The notes below the pieces were generated by a model. That model worked only from the letters and a program-made list of their open reading frames with translations, was not told the DNA's origin and did no database searches. A program made the translations under genes and the position numbers. This document shows, piece after piece, positions 53,613-64,000 of a stretch of DNA of 64,000 nucleotides. Origin of the DNA: Bigelowiella natans CCMP2755 (lineage: Eukaryota; Protista; Cercozoa); the NCBI GenBank assembly GCA_000320545.1, contig ADNK01003483.1:49885-113884 (forward strand), written 5' to 3'. How positions within the stretch are numbered: the stretch's first letter is position 1; every line of letters begins with the position of its first letter.

Positions 53613-54299
53613 ATATAGGTGCTGTGATCGTTGTGTTTTTGCTTTCCCTCTCGACGGTCTACTGTTTTTGTGCTTTGTTTGTCATGTAACAAATATATTA
53701 ACATCCAGGGAAAGAGGGATTGGTGCAAAGGACGAAGAAGATTACAATTTCGAGAGCAAATGTAATAGAGTTTTCATAAAAACAGATAATATCATTAGAG
53801 AGAGTACCTGTTCATTTTCGTTAGATACCAAATCTAAGGCTCTAAATGATATTGTTGATGTTTTCATATGCATATATATCTTCAGAGACTCATCGATACA
53901 CTAACATCAAGATCGCCATGAGCTGCAGATGTAGATTCACTACAATCTATTCATAACTTATGATGTCGCATTCAGTTGATAAGAAAATACTTTACGAGTA
54001 GAGTCACAACACTAGTGACAATCGCAGACCGTGGATCAAAATTCGGGGGTGGATGTTGACACCAACTGTGTCTCTCCGAAGCCTTAAACAGTTGTAGAGT
54101 TCAGCAAAGCTGCCTTCTCATCCCAGTTGGGATGTCAGCAGGTAGTTGATAGTTATTGATATCTAGATGATAAATGTTTGAATTTGCTGTTAGTGATCTA
54201 AGTCGAACAGAGAGAGCTCTCACGTGCAACTATTTCATCCGCAACACATCCCTTAGATTCCTTAAATTTCTTGTAATTTGATCAAAGCTAAAATGAAAT

Positions 54300-54960
54300 G
54301 TGAACAAAATCTTGATCGCATTTACACGCTAGCACGCTCTAGTGTTCACTACCTAGCTAGCTAGACTGCACATGGACCATGCACTACTAGACTAGTAGTA
54401 TAGTTACACTGCATGCTAGCATTACGATGTCCAGCCGTCTAGCTCTAGAGCCATTCTAGCATTGTGCGCCTCACTTTTGTCAATGCGGCTAGGCGAAAAG
54501 GCGGGTCCAATGCAAACTCAACAGCAAGCACGATTTGATTCTCAATGGAACTAGCTAGCTAGCTAGTTAGCCAGGGCAGAGCAAAATGCATGGATGTGCA
54601 TGATCTAGATGACTAGATGATGCTAAATTCACACGTGCCAGAGCATCAAATTGGTGTGGATTGGTCTAGCTAGCTAGCTAGCTAGTGGCAGCGGCGTTGT
54701 GCGGCTAACTAGCTAGCGAAATGAGCATGTTCATTTCACTAGCTAGCTAGTTCTAGAGTTCTAGCTTGTAGAATTTTTTCCTATGCGCAATGCGTTCAAT
54801 GCTAGAATGCTAGAATGCACACATGTGAATCGAATCAATATGAGCTGCAGTCGCATGCTCATGTAATTGCCTGTATGTGAGGTAATCAGCGAGGCAGCGA
54901 TCGAAAGATGCATTTCTAGTCCGTTGTGTTGTGTAGGCTGCACGCGCGTCGGTAGGCCAT
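54300..54960. repeat. Palindrome-rich intergenic spacer D between convergent genes
   Basis: AACTAGCTAGCTAGCTAGTT (54549-54568), (CTAG)5 at 54666-54685, AATGCTAGAATG at 54798 and its reverse complement CATTCTAGCATT at 54452. Confidence 0.85.
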
Positions 54961-55216
54961 TGTATGCCGCAACATAGGTAATAATGAGTAGAACACCATG
55001 TATCTGATTATGGCTGTTCTCGACGACACCATTCTCTATTGAAATATTGAAATGCGCACAATGTGTCCTCGCTGTTGTGTTGTTTCAAATTCATTACGAA
55101 CGCGACTCCATATAACAGACCAAAAATTGTTCTTATACGATGGAATTTTGTTTTAAGAGCGACCCAAAACAACCATACTTAAATTTTGTATTAGTATTCA
55201 CCTCATCACATTAGTA

Positions 55217-57489
55217 TTACCATAAACCCCAAAAACCAGAGCTTTCTCCATTGATTTTGCTATTCAATTTCTTTATAATGGAATCAAATTTCTTTTGCAA
55301 GGCATCCTTTTTGGCTTCGGATTTTGATTTGGATGATTCAATTAGCTGAATGATAGACACACATGGTTGTACTCATGGTCATATTTAGTAGCATACAAGC
55401 TAGAAAGAAGGGAAGATTAGAGGGCGAGTAGGATAAAGAATCTGGAGTTATCACGACAGAGAGAGATGGTGAAAGTTTGGGTAAACTCGCCTTATCGTGT
55501 TCAGACTGTGTGAGTTCCTTCATTTTTAGAATGAAGTCCGTTCTATTGATTTCTGTGTCCATTAAAAAGCAAAGAATTGGATCTCTGTAAAAATGTAGTA
55601 AATTGTCCTCATACCTTTTCCATCTGTGAAAGTTTTGAATTTCAAGCCGTTTAACCACCTCTGGAAGAATCCAAACGTCCCTACGAGTAAGTATGATTGG
55701 TTTCAAAGAGAACAGGTAACTCAACGCATTTTACAATAAAATACGGTTAGTACACCTTTCATGTGTTCAAAATGAGAGATTTTGTGGAAATGCTTTTGAA
55801 TCTTTGGAAATTCCGTTTCGTCAATCACCTAATTGAAGGACCTTTTTAAATTTTCTATGAAACTGAACAAGAAATTGAACTGAATACCCTATCCTCTCCA
55901 TCAGCATCCTCGAAGTATACTCTTGCCCGATTTAAAACATCGTCTGTGGATCGATCGATGGTTCATAATTTTTTATTGGATGATAGGCTTGTAAAACAAA
56001 CCTCTTTGATATTCAATTTCGGCGATCTCTACTTGATTTCTTATCTGCATCAAAATTGAAAAACAATATTGGATCAGTGAAGCAATTTGGGCCTAAAGGC
56101 GATATTGTACTTTCTCTTGCTCTATGCACAATGCCTGACGTTGTTCGATTTGCTTTATAGCTTGGGATAATGTCTAAATCACAAAATGAAAACATCACAA
56201 ATAAAAGTTTCGCATAAACAAATAAGATTTCTCATTAATGATCAGGAAACCTTTTCTCGAATTCCTCAATATCTTCAACACCATTGACCTGGTCGTTCAA
56301 AATTTTGGCCGCTTCCTATACAATACGCTATTGTTACCATGTTAATATTAATATCGCAGTCCTCAATTATGCTACCAAGTACCGATATTTTTTTCTGCTG
56401 CTGCGTTAGCTCCACAGAGTTGTCCAACAAAATCTTGACGAGGTTAAACCACAATGTGTAAGAACTCAGAATCAACGTGTTTCGTGAGACAAGTGTTACC
56501 TGGTTTTCATGCAGAAAATTTTCATGTTTTTTTTGGAGGGCTTTAATGTCTCCTTGGAAGAAGCAAAGTTTCCATCAACTTAATTACTTCATGCCAAAAG
56601 AGAAGAATCTACTTTTCAGGTGATTGTATTTGTCGAAAAACTTTTCTGATGCCTTCGCATGACCTAAAAAATAGAATATCTATTAATCTAAGGTATGTAC
56701 CTGATTGACGTAAGGGAACAAATAGAAAAATTCGCTATCGAAAGATAATAGTTAAGATTAATACATATGCTGACTTACTTCGAAGTACAGCAAAGTTCCA
56801 GTTGTAACAAAAGGATAGCAATGTAATAATAGCCCAGATAACAGCGTAAGCCATAGCAAAATGCAACTGGTCTACATCAGGATCCTAATGTCAAAATAAA
56901 ATTGTTCGATAAAAAGTGCTGTAGTAAGCAGGTAGGCAGCAACCTGGCTCACGCCGACTCCTATGCCTCCCAATATCATGCCACTTCCAAATATGTATCT
57001 TGTTTGGTGACTGAATGGTGTACCAAAACCGAAACGGGAGAGACGATTAAAATATGCTTACTTTAGTGAAATGGAACAGGTTACCATGGTTTTTCTTGTT
57101 CTAGGCTCAAGTCATCCAGCTCATTTTCAACATTCTGTATTTTCCCAGAAGATTCATGATAGGATTGCTGGGCAGATTTGAAGTCACTATCATGAATGGA
57201 AATTGAAGCCTCGATTGAGGGACTGCGCTCTTTGTGACCAGGGGAGAGAAGAGATGACTCTGATAAAAAAACTCATTTTACTATTATGATCTAAAAACAA
57301 ACAGCCACAAGAAACATGATCTCAAAATCATGTTGCCATTGTTTCTATTGCCCGTCCACCATGCCTTTGTTCAACCTGTGCCTATATTTTCTAGCATCTG
57401 CGGTGAGTATGCGATAATATTGGCACGGCCTTTGAATAGAATGTAGCAGATAGACCCAGGCACTGCTTACTTTCATTGGCGGGCTGCAT
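55217..57489 (-). CDS. Orphan protein with two predicted TM helices and a coiled-coil-like C-terminal half (short-intron multi-exon gene)
   Basis: MQPANESRANIIAYSPQMLENIGTESSLLSPG...YIFGSGMILGGIGVGVSQDPDVDQLHFAMAYAVIWAIITLLSFCYNWNFAVLR...LIESSKSKSEAKKDALQKKFDSIIKKLN...GFWGLW*. Mostly phase-consistent GT-AG introns; the last intron appears to be GC-AG (55490-55346). Confidence 0.65.
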
Positions 57490-57802
57490 GGTCGGTCTCC
57501 AAATTAGGAAATTAGAATCACAAAGTTTTCGGATATTTTTTTACAAAAAAGAGAGTACGATTTTGTATAGCGTCATACTACACTACGTGTCGTCCACTCA
57601 AAATTCTCCTTTTGTAGGCCGAGATTACTGGGGATTTGAGTTGCTTTGGAAGCATCAGATTTTTTTGGTCGGAAGACGAACGAATCAAAGAGATGCGGTT
57701 CTTCGTATCGCGACAGGATCTTTTTGATTGTCGCGATGTGTATTTGGATTGTCTTTTATGTAAGACGAAGAGAAGTAAACTCGACGAACTTTGTTGACAA
57801 AC

Positions 57803-59671
57803 ATGGACAACGCCGCACCTGGCATCCCTCTGGTCAAAGCAACCATGGAATCAATCTGGGCCCTCACGGAAAGGGTAGTTCGGTCATCCACGCAATAATA
57901 TGTTATCATATTTATTTATTCATAATGAATATGCATATAAGATAGTGTCAGTATTGTTCACCTGCCCAATGAATTAAAAAATGAGATGAATTTCAGACAT
58001 TCTTTAACTTGACATCTGCCAAGTTATGAAACATGGTTGCGATTTAGATTGAGTACCTTGAACGCGAAGTTGGTGGACCAAACTCTGAACCTTCGGCAGT
58101 ATTGAGTTTCTCAGGGTAAAATATTCTTTTCATCAGCATAGTTTAGATGTTCGTACGGAAGCACACACAAATCTTATTTAAATGTTATAACTTATTGTCT
58201 AAATATTGGACGGGAGAAGTCTTGGGAATTCTATGGCCCGCAACAATAGGTATGCCAATTCGGCTGAGTTCGACACAAGCTACGCATCCCTAAAGTCAGT
58301 AGACTCATCGATATCTTTAGCTGAAGATAACACGGTAATAGCCTCATGGTAGCAAAGTGGTAGAGTGGCGTTCTTCATGCCGCATTCGCGGGTTCGATTT
58401 CAACCATCCTTGAACATTGAGACAAAAGTAAAATAGTGAGCTTTCAACCGATTTGCTGTTAAAGAGACTGAACAGGGAAATCCTTATTTGGAAATTTGAG
58501 ATTATACTTCTAGCTTCTTCAGATAATGGAGTCTCTACTTCTCAGAAGCAAAAGAAGGAAGAAGATAAGGGGGCAGAAATCTCTTCCACGCCAACGAATA
58601 AAAAAAATGGGACACTAAAAAGAAGGTAGCTTTACATACTTTGTGGAAGTAGTAGCACTGGTACATTAATTATTTTCAACATCAGTGGAAGCTATGCAGT
58701 TTCATCTCCTTCAGGATCATCTGGCCGCCCCCCGTTAAGTGGTGGGGTAACACCACCAAGACAGAAAAAGGAAAGTCATGGCGACATGAAGAAAACTGTC
58801 TATAGACCTTCATCCCAAAAGCCGCGATCTATCTTGTCGATAATACGAAGTTTTGACTCTACAATGAGAAGATATATGCAGCGGGATGAGCTTAAAAAAC
58901 TACCCAAACTTTTGGAAATGTCAGTGAAAACATCATCAAAGTTAGATACGTTTTCAAATAACATTTCAAAAGGTATCAAAAATTGGGGTTTATGTTGGAC
59001 ACGCAGAACGACACCCTTGGTGCAGAGGGTTACTACTTTAAGCAGCTTGAAAAAGCCTCTCCTAATTTCTGTTATCTCAGGGGTTCTTGAAGATCTTCGG
59101 GCAAAACAAAAACTTGTAGTTAGCAACATGGCTTGGCTTGAGTATGTAAGGAACATGTTCGTCGAGGTCCTAATACCCATATTCAAAACGAGTCTTAAGT
59201 TTAATATTCATTGAATCTTAACTTGAAGCTTCAAGATCTTGAGCCAAATATAATCTCTGAAGTACCATATGAAGCAACTACATTTGATGAGGTATGTTAA
59301 TACTTAGAATATGATGAAAGAGTCTAATGAGTATAATATTTAGCAATTGCTTAAGGCTGAAGCTGCAATCTCAATCCAGACCAAGAGGGCCTTAGAAATT
59401 CAAAGGGCAATTAATGAGATGGCTCTTTCATATAATAAAATAGTAATCGAACACATAAAACTCGAGGAAACTGATTATAGCTTTTGTTAAGATTTAGTAA
59501 CAGGTTCCTCAATTTCAGCAATGTATGATGTGAACAACCTTGTTCGAATAAATTTGGCTTAATCCTTAACTTTATTCTGATGATTTCGAATAATTTTCTT
59601 TTCAGATTAATGCTCTCACGATGAAATTGCTCATGCTGGATTCCGAATCATTCAAGGTCGGAGCTAGCTAA
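57803..59671 (+). CDS. Orphan hydrophilic/helical protein (short-intron multi-exon gene)
   Basis: MDNAAPGIPLVKATMESIWALTER|IEYLEREVGGPNSEPSAVLSFSG|YANSAEFDTSYASLK...; includes the 58786-59214 ORF; last exon 59606-59671 INALTMKLLMLDSESFKVGAS*. The middle junctions are uncertain. Confidence 0.5.
58343..58412 (+). pseudogene. Degenerate tRNA-like sequence (possible Lys-CTT anticodon) inside an intron
   Basis: Pol III A-box TAGCAAAGTGG (58350-58360) and near-consensus B-box GGTTCGATTTC (58391-58401). Anticodon hairpin GTGGCG-TTCTTCA-TGCCGC. The acceptor stem pairs only partially (ATGG/CCAT) and the T-stem is broken. Confidence 0.55.
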
Positions 59672-59819
59672 AAAAATATCATGCTGCAAAGCCAGAAGCT
59701 TTAAATGACTACCTCTTCAACCCAGCAAAATTATGACGTCGTGGGGCAGTGTCCTTTAAAAATTTTGGTTGCATAGTTGTAGACGTGTAAGCCATCTCTT
59801 GAATCGCAGTGACAAAGCT

Positions 59820-60190
59820 GTAGTAAACCCACACGAGTATGCAGCGGCGCGACGAGAGTTTTGGAAATGCTGAAAAACCCGCACATTGCGGCATGCATGC
59901 AGATGGCCATGCATGGGGACATGCATGTCCATGTACATGCTAGCATGGAAAGGCGCACAAGCAACGCAATGAAGTGAGATCTGAAGGTGTTTGGCAGAAC
60001 CATGCAATCAATGCAGCAAGTTCTAGTGTTCTAGTGTTGACATCTAGACATGTGCACGTGAGTTGTCTGGCTAGCTGGCTGTGTGGTTTTCCGAGGAACG
60101 ACATTGAACGCTTGAAGCACTTGAAATAGGCTGTGCGACAGGCACAGTCACGTGCACCATGATCACCTCTTCTGGTGTTGTGTAACGTGA

Positions 60191-60234
<44 letters not shown>

Positions 60235-60830
60235 GTGTGTGTCACGCGCGCGTTCACTGCTGCCATTGGTGACTTGCCAGCTTCAACAGGCTAGCAGGCT
60301 TGCGTTGTGGCCAGGTACGTGACGTGCTCTGCAAGCGTCGCTAGGTCTAGAGATCGAGAAGACTCCGATCACGCTGGCTAGCTGGCTAGCTGCTGGCCAG
60401 ATTATCCAGCTGCTGGCCAGCTGGCTCCAGTTTGCGCTGGCTAGCTGGCTCGTCTCAGATGGTTGATTGCATTGAACGATCGTGAACGTGTGCAAACGTG
60501 CAGCACTGCCCTAGTGCCAGACTGCCAGACTGACGCAGTCACCACGACACGTGAGAACACCACACGTGCGAAATTGCGATCAACAAGCTAGGCAAGGCCA
60601 GCAGGGTTGGCACGATTTGTCTGAAACAAACTTCCAACCACTCCTGTGGAACTGCTTCATCCCACCCTTTACGCGTCACGAAGAAATCAGCGCAACATGT
60701 TGTCTGTGCACCGTGTTGAACGTCAAATTGTCATCAACGTTTCAATGTGATCACAGGTCTCACCGTGACACCCCCGCTAGCCCGCTGGCCGCTGGCCCGG
60801 CCTAGCGGCCCCCAGAAGCGGAAATCTGGA
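59820..60830. repeat. Palindrome-rich intergenic spacer E with GCTGGCTAG/GCTGGCCAG short-period repeats
   Basis: GGACATGCATGTCC (59917-59930), CATG runs, GCTGGCTAG/GCTGGCCAG iterations at about 60375-60450, and a GC-rich end at 60772-60830. Confidence 0.75.
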
Positions 60831-61351
60831 AATTCGGAAACGCGATGATTTCAGTCATTGCGACATGAAATTTTAAAAAATCTTCCCCTCAGTGCGCTCC
60901 AGATGAAAATATCAGCAAAAGAAAAAAGCGGCTTGATCACAAATAGGCTGACATCCACTGATGATTGCCGCGTGGAACACGTCGTCCTCGCCCCAGAGTT
61001 CATTAGAGCAGTATTATATGAGCGACATGAAAAATGTAACAATGATCGAAAAATCACAGTAGGATTTGTAAAATTATAACTTTTACAATCTAACTTAAGG
61101 CTGAAATTTCCTCAACTTTCTGCATCCTCCCGAAACAGACGGTCGGTCAGTGTAGCGTAGAGAGGGGGGGACAGTGGGTTTCAAGTGTGGGTGCGGTTGC
61201 TGTTACACAAAGCAATCTGACATACTTTAATAATTATTCTCTCTACAAACTACAATGGTCTGAACCATTCTGACATGTTAGTTACCCATGATTACAACGA
61301 ATCTTACTGCTGCCTTTTCACACACTGCAGATTGGTTGAGAAGATCCAATT

Positions 61352-62119
61352 ATGAGCACGTCATCTTCGTCAAAGGCAACCGAAACAAAAGCCGCTGCGG
61401 AAAATGGCTTTACAATGGCAGAAGCCCCTTGGCAGTTTCGATTGCTTGCCTACATCCGCATCCCAGTACTGATGTTTATCGTGATCCCACTCTCCTTCGC
61501 ACTGTGGGTCTTTCGAATGGGGCGGTCGCATGTGCGCACCATTCTCCGTAAATACTACCCTTCTAAATACGCAGTCAAGACAACTCACAGCGAGAGGGTT
61601 GCGAAGGTGGCGGATCATAGAAAAATAGTGAAAATATAGTTACAAAGAAAGATACCTACGATGTTTCTCATTGTGGGCTTCTTGAACAACAGATCGTGGA
61701 GCAATTGCTTTCATGGAACCGTGATGGATGTAAGAAGAAACTTCGGACATCTCGCGCAAATTGGCTCTCAATGTCGACAAGGTAAGATATAATGGTGAGT
61801 TATGCTTTATGTGGCCACCTCTGCTGCTGTCGTTGCGTCCTCCGTCATCGCTCTGTTATGAGAGAGAAAGAAAGAGAGAAAGAGACATCAACTACAGCAG
61901 CATAAAACAGCAATACGAATCATTGCGCCATTTAAGTACGCTCTAGCCCAAGCCATTTTCATCGATATTTCTGGTTTCCGGTGTATCATGTTGATGACGA
62001 GGTGCGGTCATTCAAGTACTGATGACGATGCTGCTTTCTTCACAGATTGATGTCGAATAAGCAAGGCTGCCACTTGATCAGTGTCGGGTAGTTTTTCTTG
62101 TTGTGTCCAACAACTTAGT

Positions 62120-62158
<39 letters not shown>

Positions 62159-62159
62159 C

Positions 62160-62196
<37 letters not shown>

Positions 62197-62614
62197 CTGA
62201 TGATGCGATTCGAGTTGCCGAGATGACAATGATGGGTGCGATGTAGTACGCGGATAACGAATGGTGGCTGAATCGTAGCTGGTGTCATTGCTTTGCCTCC
62301 AGGCACTTAAACCATATTGTAGAGTACGACGAGAAGGAGAAGACGATTACAGTCGAGCCCATGGTAACTTTCGGACAGCTCACGGAGTTCCTCATGCCTA
62401 AGGGGCTGTGCATGGAATGTCACATCGAGATGGAGAGTATCACCGTCGGTGGTGCTTCTATGGGGTTTGGGTTGGAGACGAACTCCCATCGTATCGGCTT
62501 CTTCCAAGAAACCGTCGTTGAGTACGAGATCGTCACTCCAGATGCCAAGGTGATTTTCATTCCGCTGCTGTGCCTGTGTAGTATCTTCCACAGCATATAA
62601 AATAAATATCTGAA

Positions 62615-62655
<41 letters not shown>

Positions 62656-64000
62656 AACCGAATTGGTAGATCGTCGTCTCAGCGCATGAGCTCTATATTC
62701 AAACGTAAAACCAGGTTCTCACGGTGAATGCAAAGAACGATCCGAAGCTCTTCTATGCTCTTCCATGGAGCTACGGGACCATTGGGTTTTTGACCAAAGT
62801 CAAGCTGCGAGTTGTGAAGGTGATGATACTCGCAGTGTGCTTCGCAATTGCACTTCCTGGCAGATTGTTTTTGTGGAAAGGATTACATGAAAAGAAACGA
62901 GATACTTGTGTGAACTTTACGAGAAAAGGATGGAGAAGAGGAGATACTTGTGTGAACTTTACGAGAAAAGGATGGAGAAGAGGAGTGAGAGAAGGGGAGG
63001 GGGTGGGGGGAATCAACAGCACTTATGATTTTTCACTTGCCCTAATAATCATTTAAAAATGATGCTGTGATGGGTACATTAGGCAAAGAAATACGTTCAT
63101 GTGAAGTACATCCCCACGTAAGCAGATTGTCTTCAAATAACTAGCCTATCATTCTGTGGATTTAATATAAATGTGTGTATATGTGAGTGAGTGAGTCTGT
63201 GTGTGTGTGTGTGTGTGTGCGCGCGCGCGCCCGCGCGCGTATGTGTGTTACTAAGCAACGCTCCCCCACCCCCTTCTCTCCTCCCCCCCCCTCTCTCTAC
63301 ACTCCCTCTCAGTTACAGTGCCAAGGACCTGTCCAAACAGCTGAATGAGTTGGCGAACAGCGAAGACAACTGTGAGATATCTACCTACAACGATTCTTCA
63401 TTTTTTAATAATAATCACAATCAACTCAAAATAGTTGCACGAATTCACTGCTTTTAGTGCTATGACTTTCCGTTTTTACATTCATTCCCCCCCTCCCCCC
63501 CTCCCCCCCCCCCCCCTTTCCTCCTCCTCCTCCTCCTCCTCCTCCTCCTCCTCCTCTATGCCATCATCCTCCTCCTCCCCCTCATCATGTATGATATTCA
63601 GGTCCTGACTTCCTGGAAGCGACCGGGTACAGCAAAGATAAAGCCGTTATTCAGGTAATATACACCTATCACTATATATTCAATCGTTTTTGTGTGTGAA
63701 TCGAGTCTGCTGCGAAAGAGAGAAGAAGAAGAAGAAGAAGAAGAAGGAAGGCCATGATGATGATGATGACGATGGTGAGGAGAAGGAGGAGGAGGAAGGG
63801 GGAGGGGGGGAGGGACAAGGGAATGAGGAGGAGGAAGAGGAAGGATATAGGGATGCTAGTAATTCGCCAAACGTTGTCGCGTGTGCAGGAGGTTGATGCT
63901 ATATGGCAGCACGTGAATATTGTGTTGTTTCTGTTCTCTTTCTAGTGTGCCAGATTTGCCGATGTCGACGAGGCGAAGCAGCGCAGCAAAATCAACCACA
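61352..64000 (+). CDS. DHCR24: Delta(24)-sterol reductase (DHCR24/DWF1-like FAD oxidoreductase), truncated at the window end
   Basis: Spliced product MSTSSSS...VLMFIVIPLSFALWVF...THSERVAKIVEQLLSWNRDG..LRTSRANWLSMSTR...ITVEPMVTFGQLTEFLMPKG..ESITVGGASMGFGLETNSHRIGFFQETVVEYEIVT..NDPKLFYALPWSYGTIGFL..AKKYVHVKYIP matches the DHCR24 FAD-binding motif order. Confidence 0.9.
62899..62982 (+). repeat. Perfect 42-bp tandem duplication in a DHCR24 intron
   Basis: GAGATACTTGTGTGAACTTTACGAGAAAAGGATGGAGAAGAG occurs twice, contiguously. Confidence 0.9.

Larger units (their letters stand above)
500..63850. repeat. Pervasive intronic microsatellites ((AT)n, (CA)n, (CT)n, (CAT)n, (TAG)n, (GAA)n, (CCT)n)
   Basis: Directly visible in most long introns, for example 501-608, 4279-4360, 8297-8336, 24151-24221 and 37975-38030. 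They are absent from 27.3-33.0 kb and 54.3-59.8 kb. Confidence 0.95.

Noticed and set aside
58343-58412. Functional tRNA-Lys gene
   Set aside because: The T-stem and acceptor stem do not pair fully and position 37 is a pyrimidine, so it is kept only as a pseudogene.
54000-61170. Large transposon with terminal inverted repeats enclosing the orphan pair
   Set aside because: Only short patchy similarities (8 bp or less) were found between the putative ends, with no TSD or transposase.
438-63945. Dozens of 60-130 aa ORFs with poly-CV, HT, YI, LS, poly-H/S/L/M tracts
   Set aside because: They are translations of intronic microsatellites; the real exons inside them are short and splice-bounded.
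132-64000. Lipid-metabolism gene cluster (DGAT2, lipase, DHCR24)
   Set aside because: The genes are 15-45 kb apart, separated by unrelated genes and act in different pathways; there is no evidence of clustering.
1-64000. rRNA, snRNA or telomeric repeats
   Set aside because: No recognisable conserved rRNA/snRNA motifs or telomere arrays were seen by eye; an Rfam scan would be needed to exclude small ncRNAs.

Overview
Gene-dense, intron-rich nuclear DNA from a eukaryotic protist. A predicted signal peptide plus transit-like leader on one gene is compatible with a secondary-plastid alga such as a chlorarachniophyte; this is inference only. Most short ORFs in the supplied track are artefacts of intronic microsatellites ((AT)n, (CA)n, (CT)n, (CAT)n, (TAG)n). 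By splicing exons manually and checking phase I could reconstruct about 13 genes: a DGAT2-family acyltransferase (-, truncated by the window edge); an orphan basic protein (+); a putatively N-myristoylated protein with a myosin-TH1/PH-like domain and a STE20-type kinase (-); a SAP/HeH-like motif fused to a calmodulin-like 4-EF-hand domain (+); a very large ankyrin-repeat protein with an acidic tail (-); syntaxin-5 (+); a C2H2 zinc-finger protein ending in a degenerate PARP-type finger (-); a PB1-domain protein (+); a ZZ-finger/class-3 lipase/SPRY-like protein (-); a possible small CxxC protein (-); a DUF4239-like membrane protein with a plastid-type leader (+); a divergent orphan pair; and a DHCR24/DWF1-like sterol reductase (+, truncated). 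The most striking non-coding pattern is architectural. Genes alternate in orientation as head-to-head pairs with short shared upstream regions. Every convergent 3'-3' gap, plus the one long tandem gap, holds a 0.5-1 kb spacer packed with CTAG/AGCT/CATG/TGCA palindromes, perfect 14-24 bp palindromes and a recurring AATGCTAGAATG word. Other oddities are frequent AAG 3' splice sites, several micro-exons, sharply bounded microsatellite-free blocks, a MITE-like element with a TA target-site duplication, and a degenerate tRNA inside an intron. All gene models are hand-spliced and untested against transcripts; no database searches were run.
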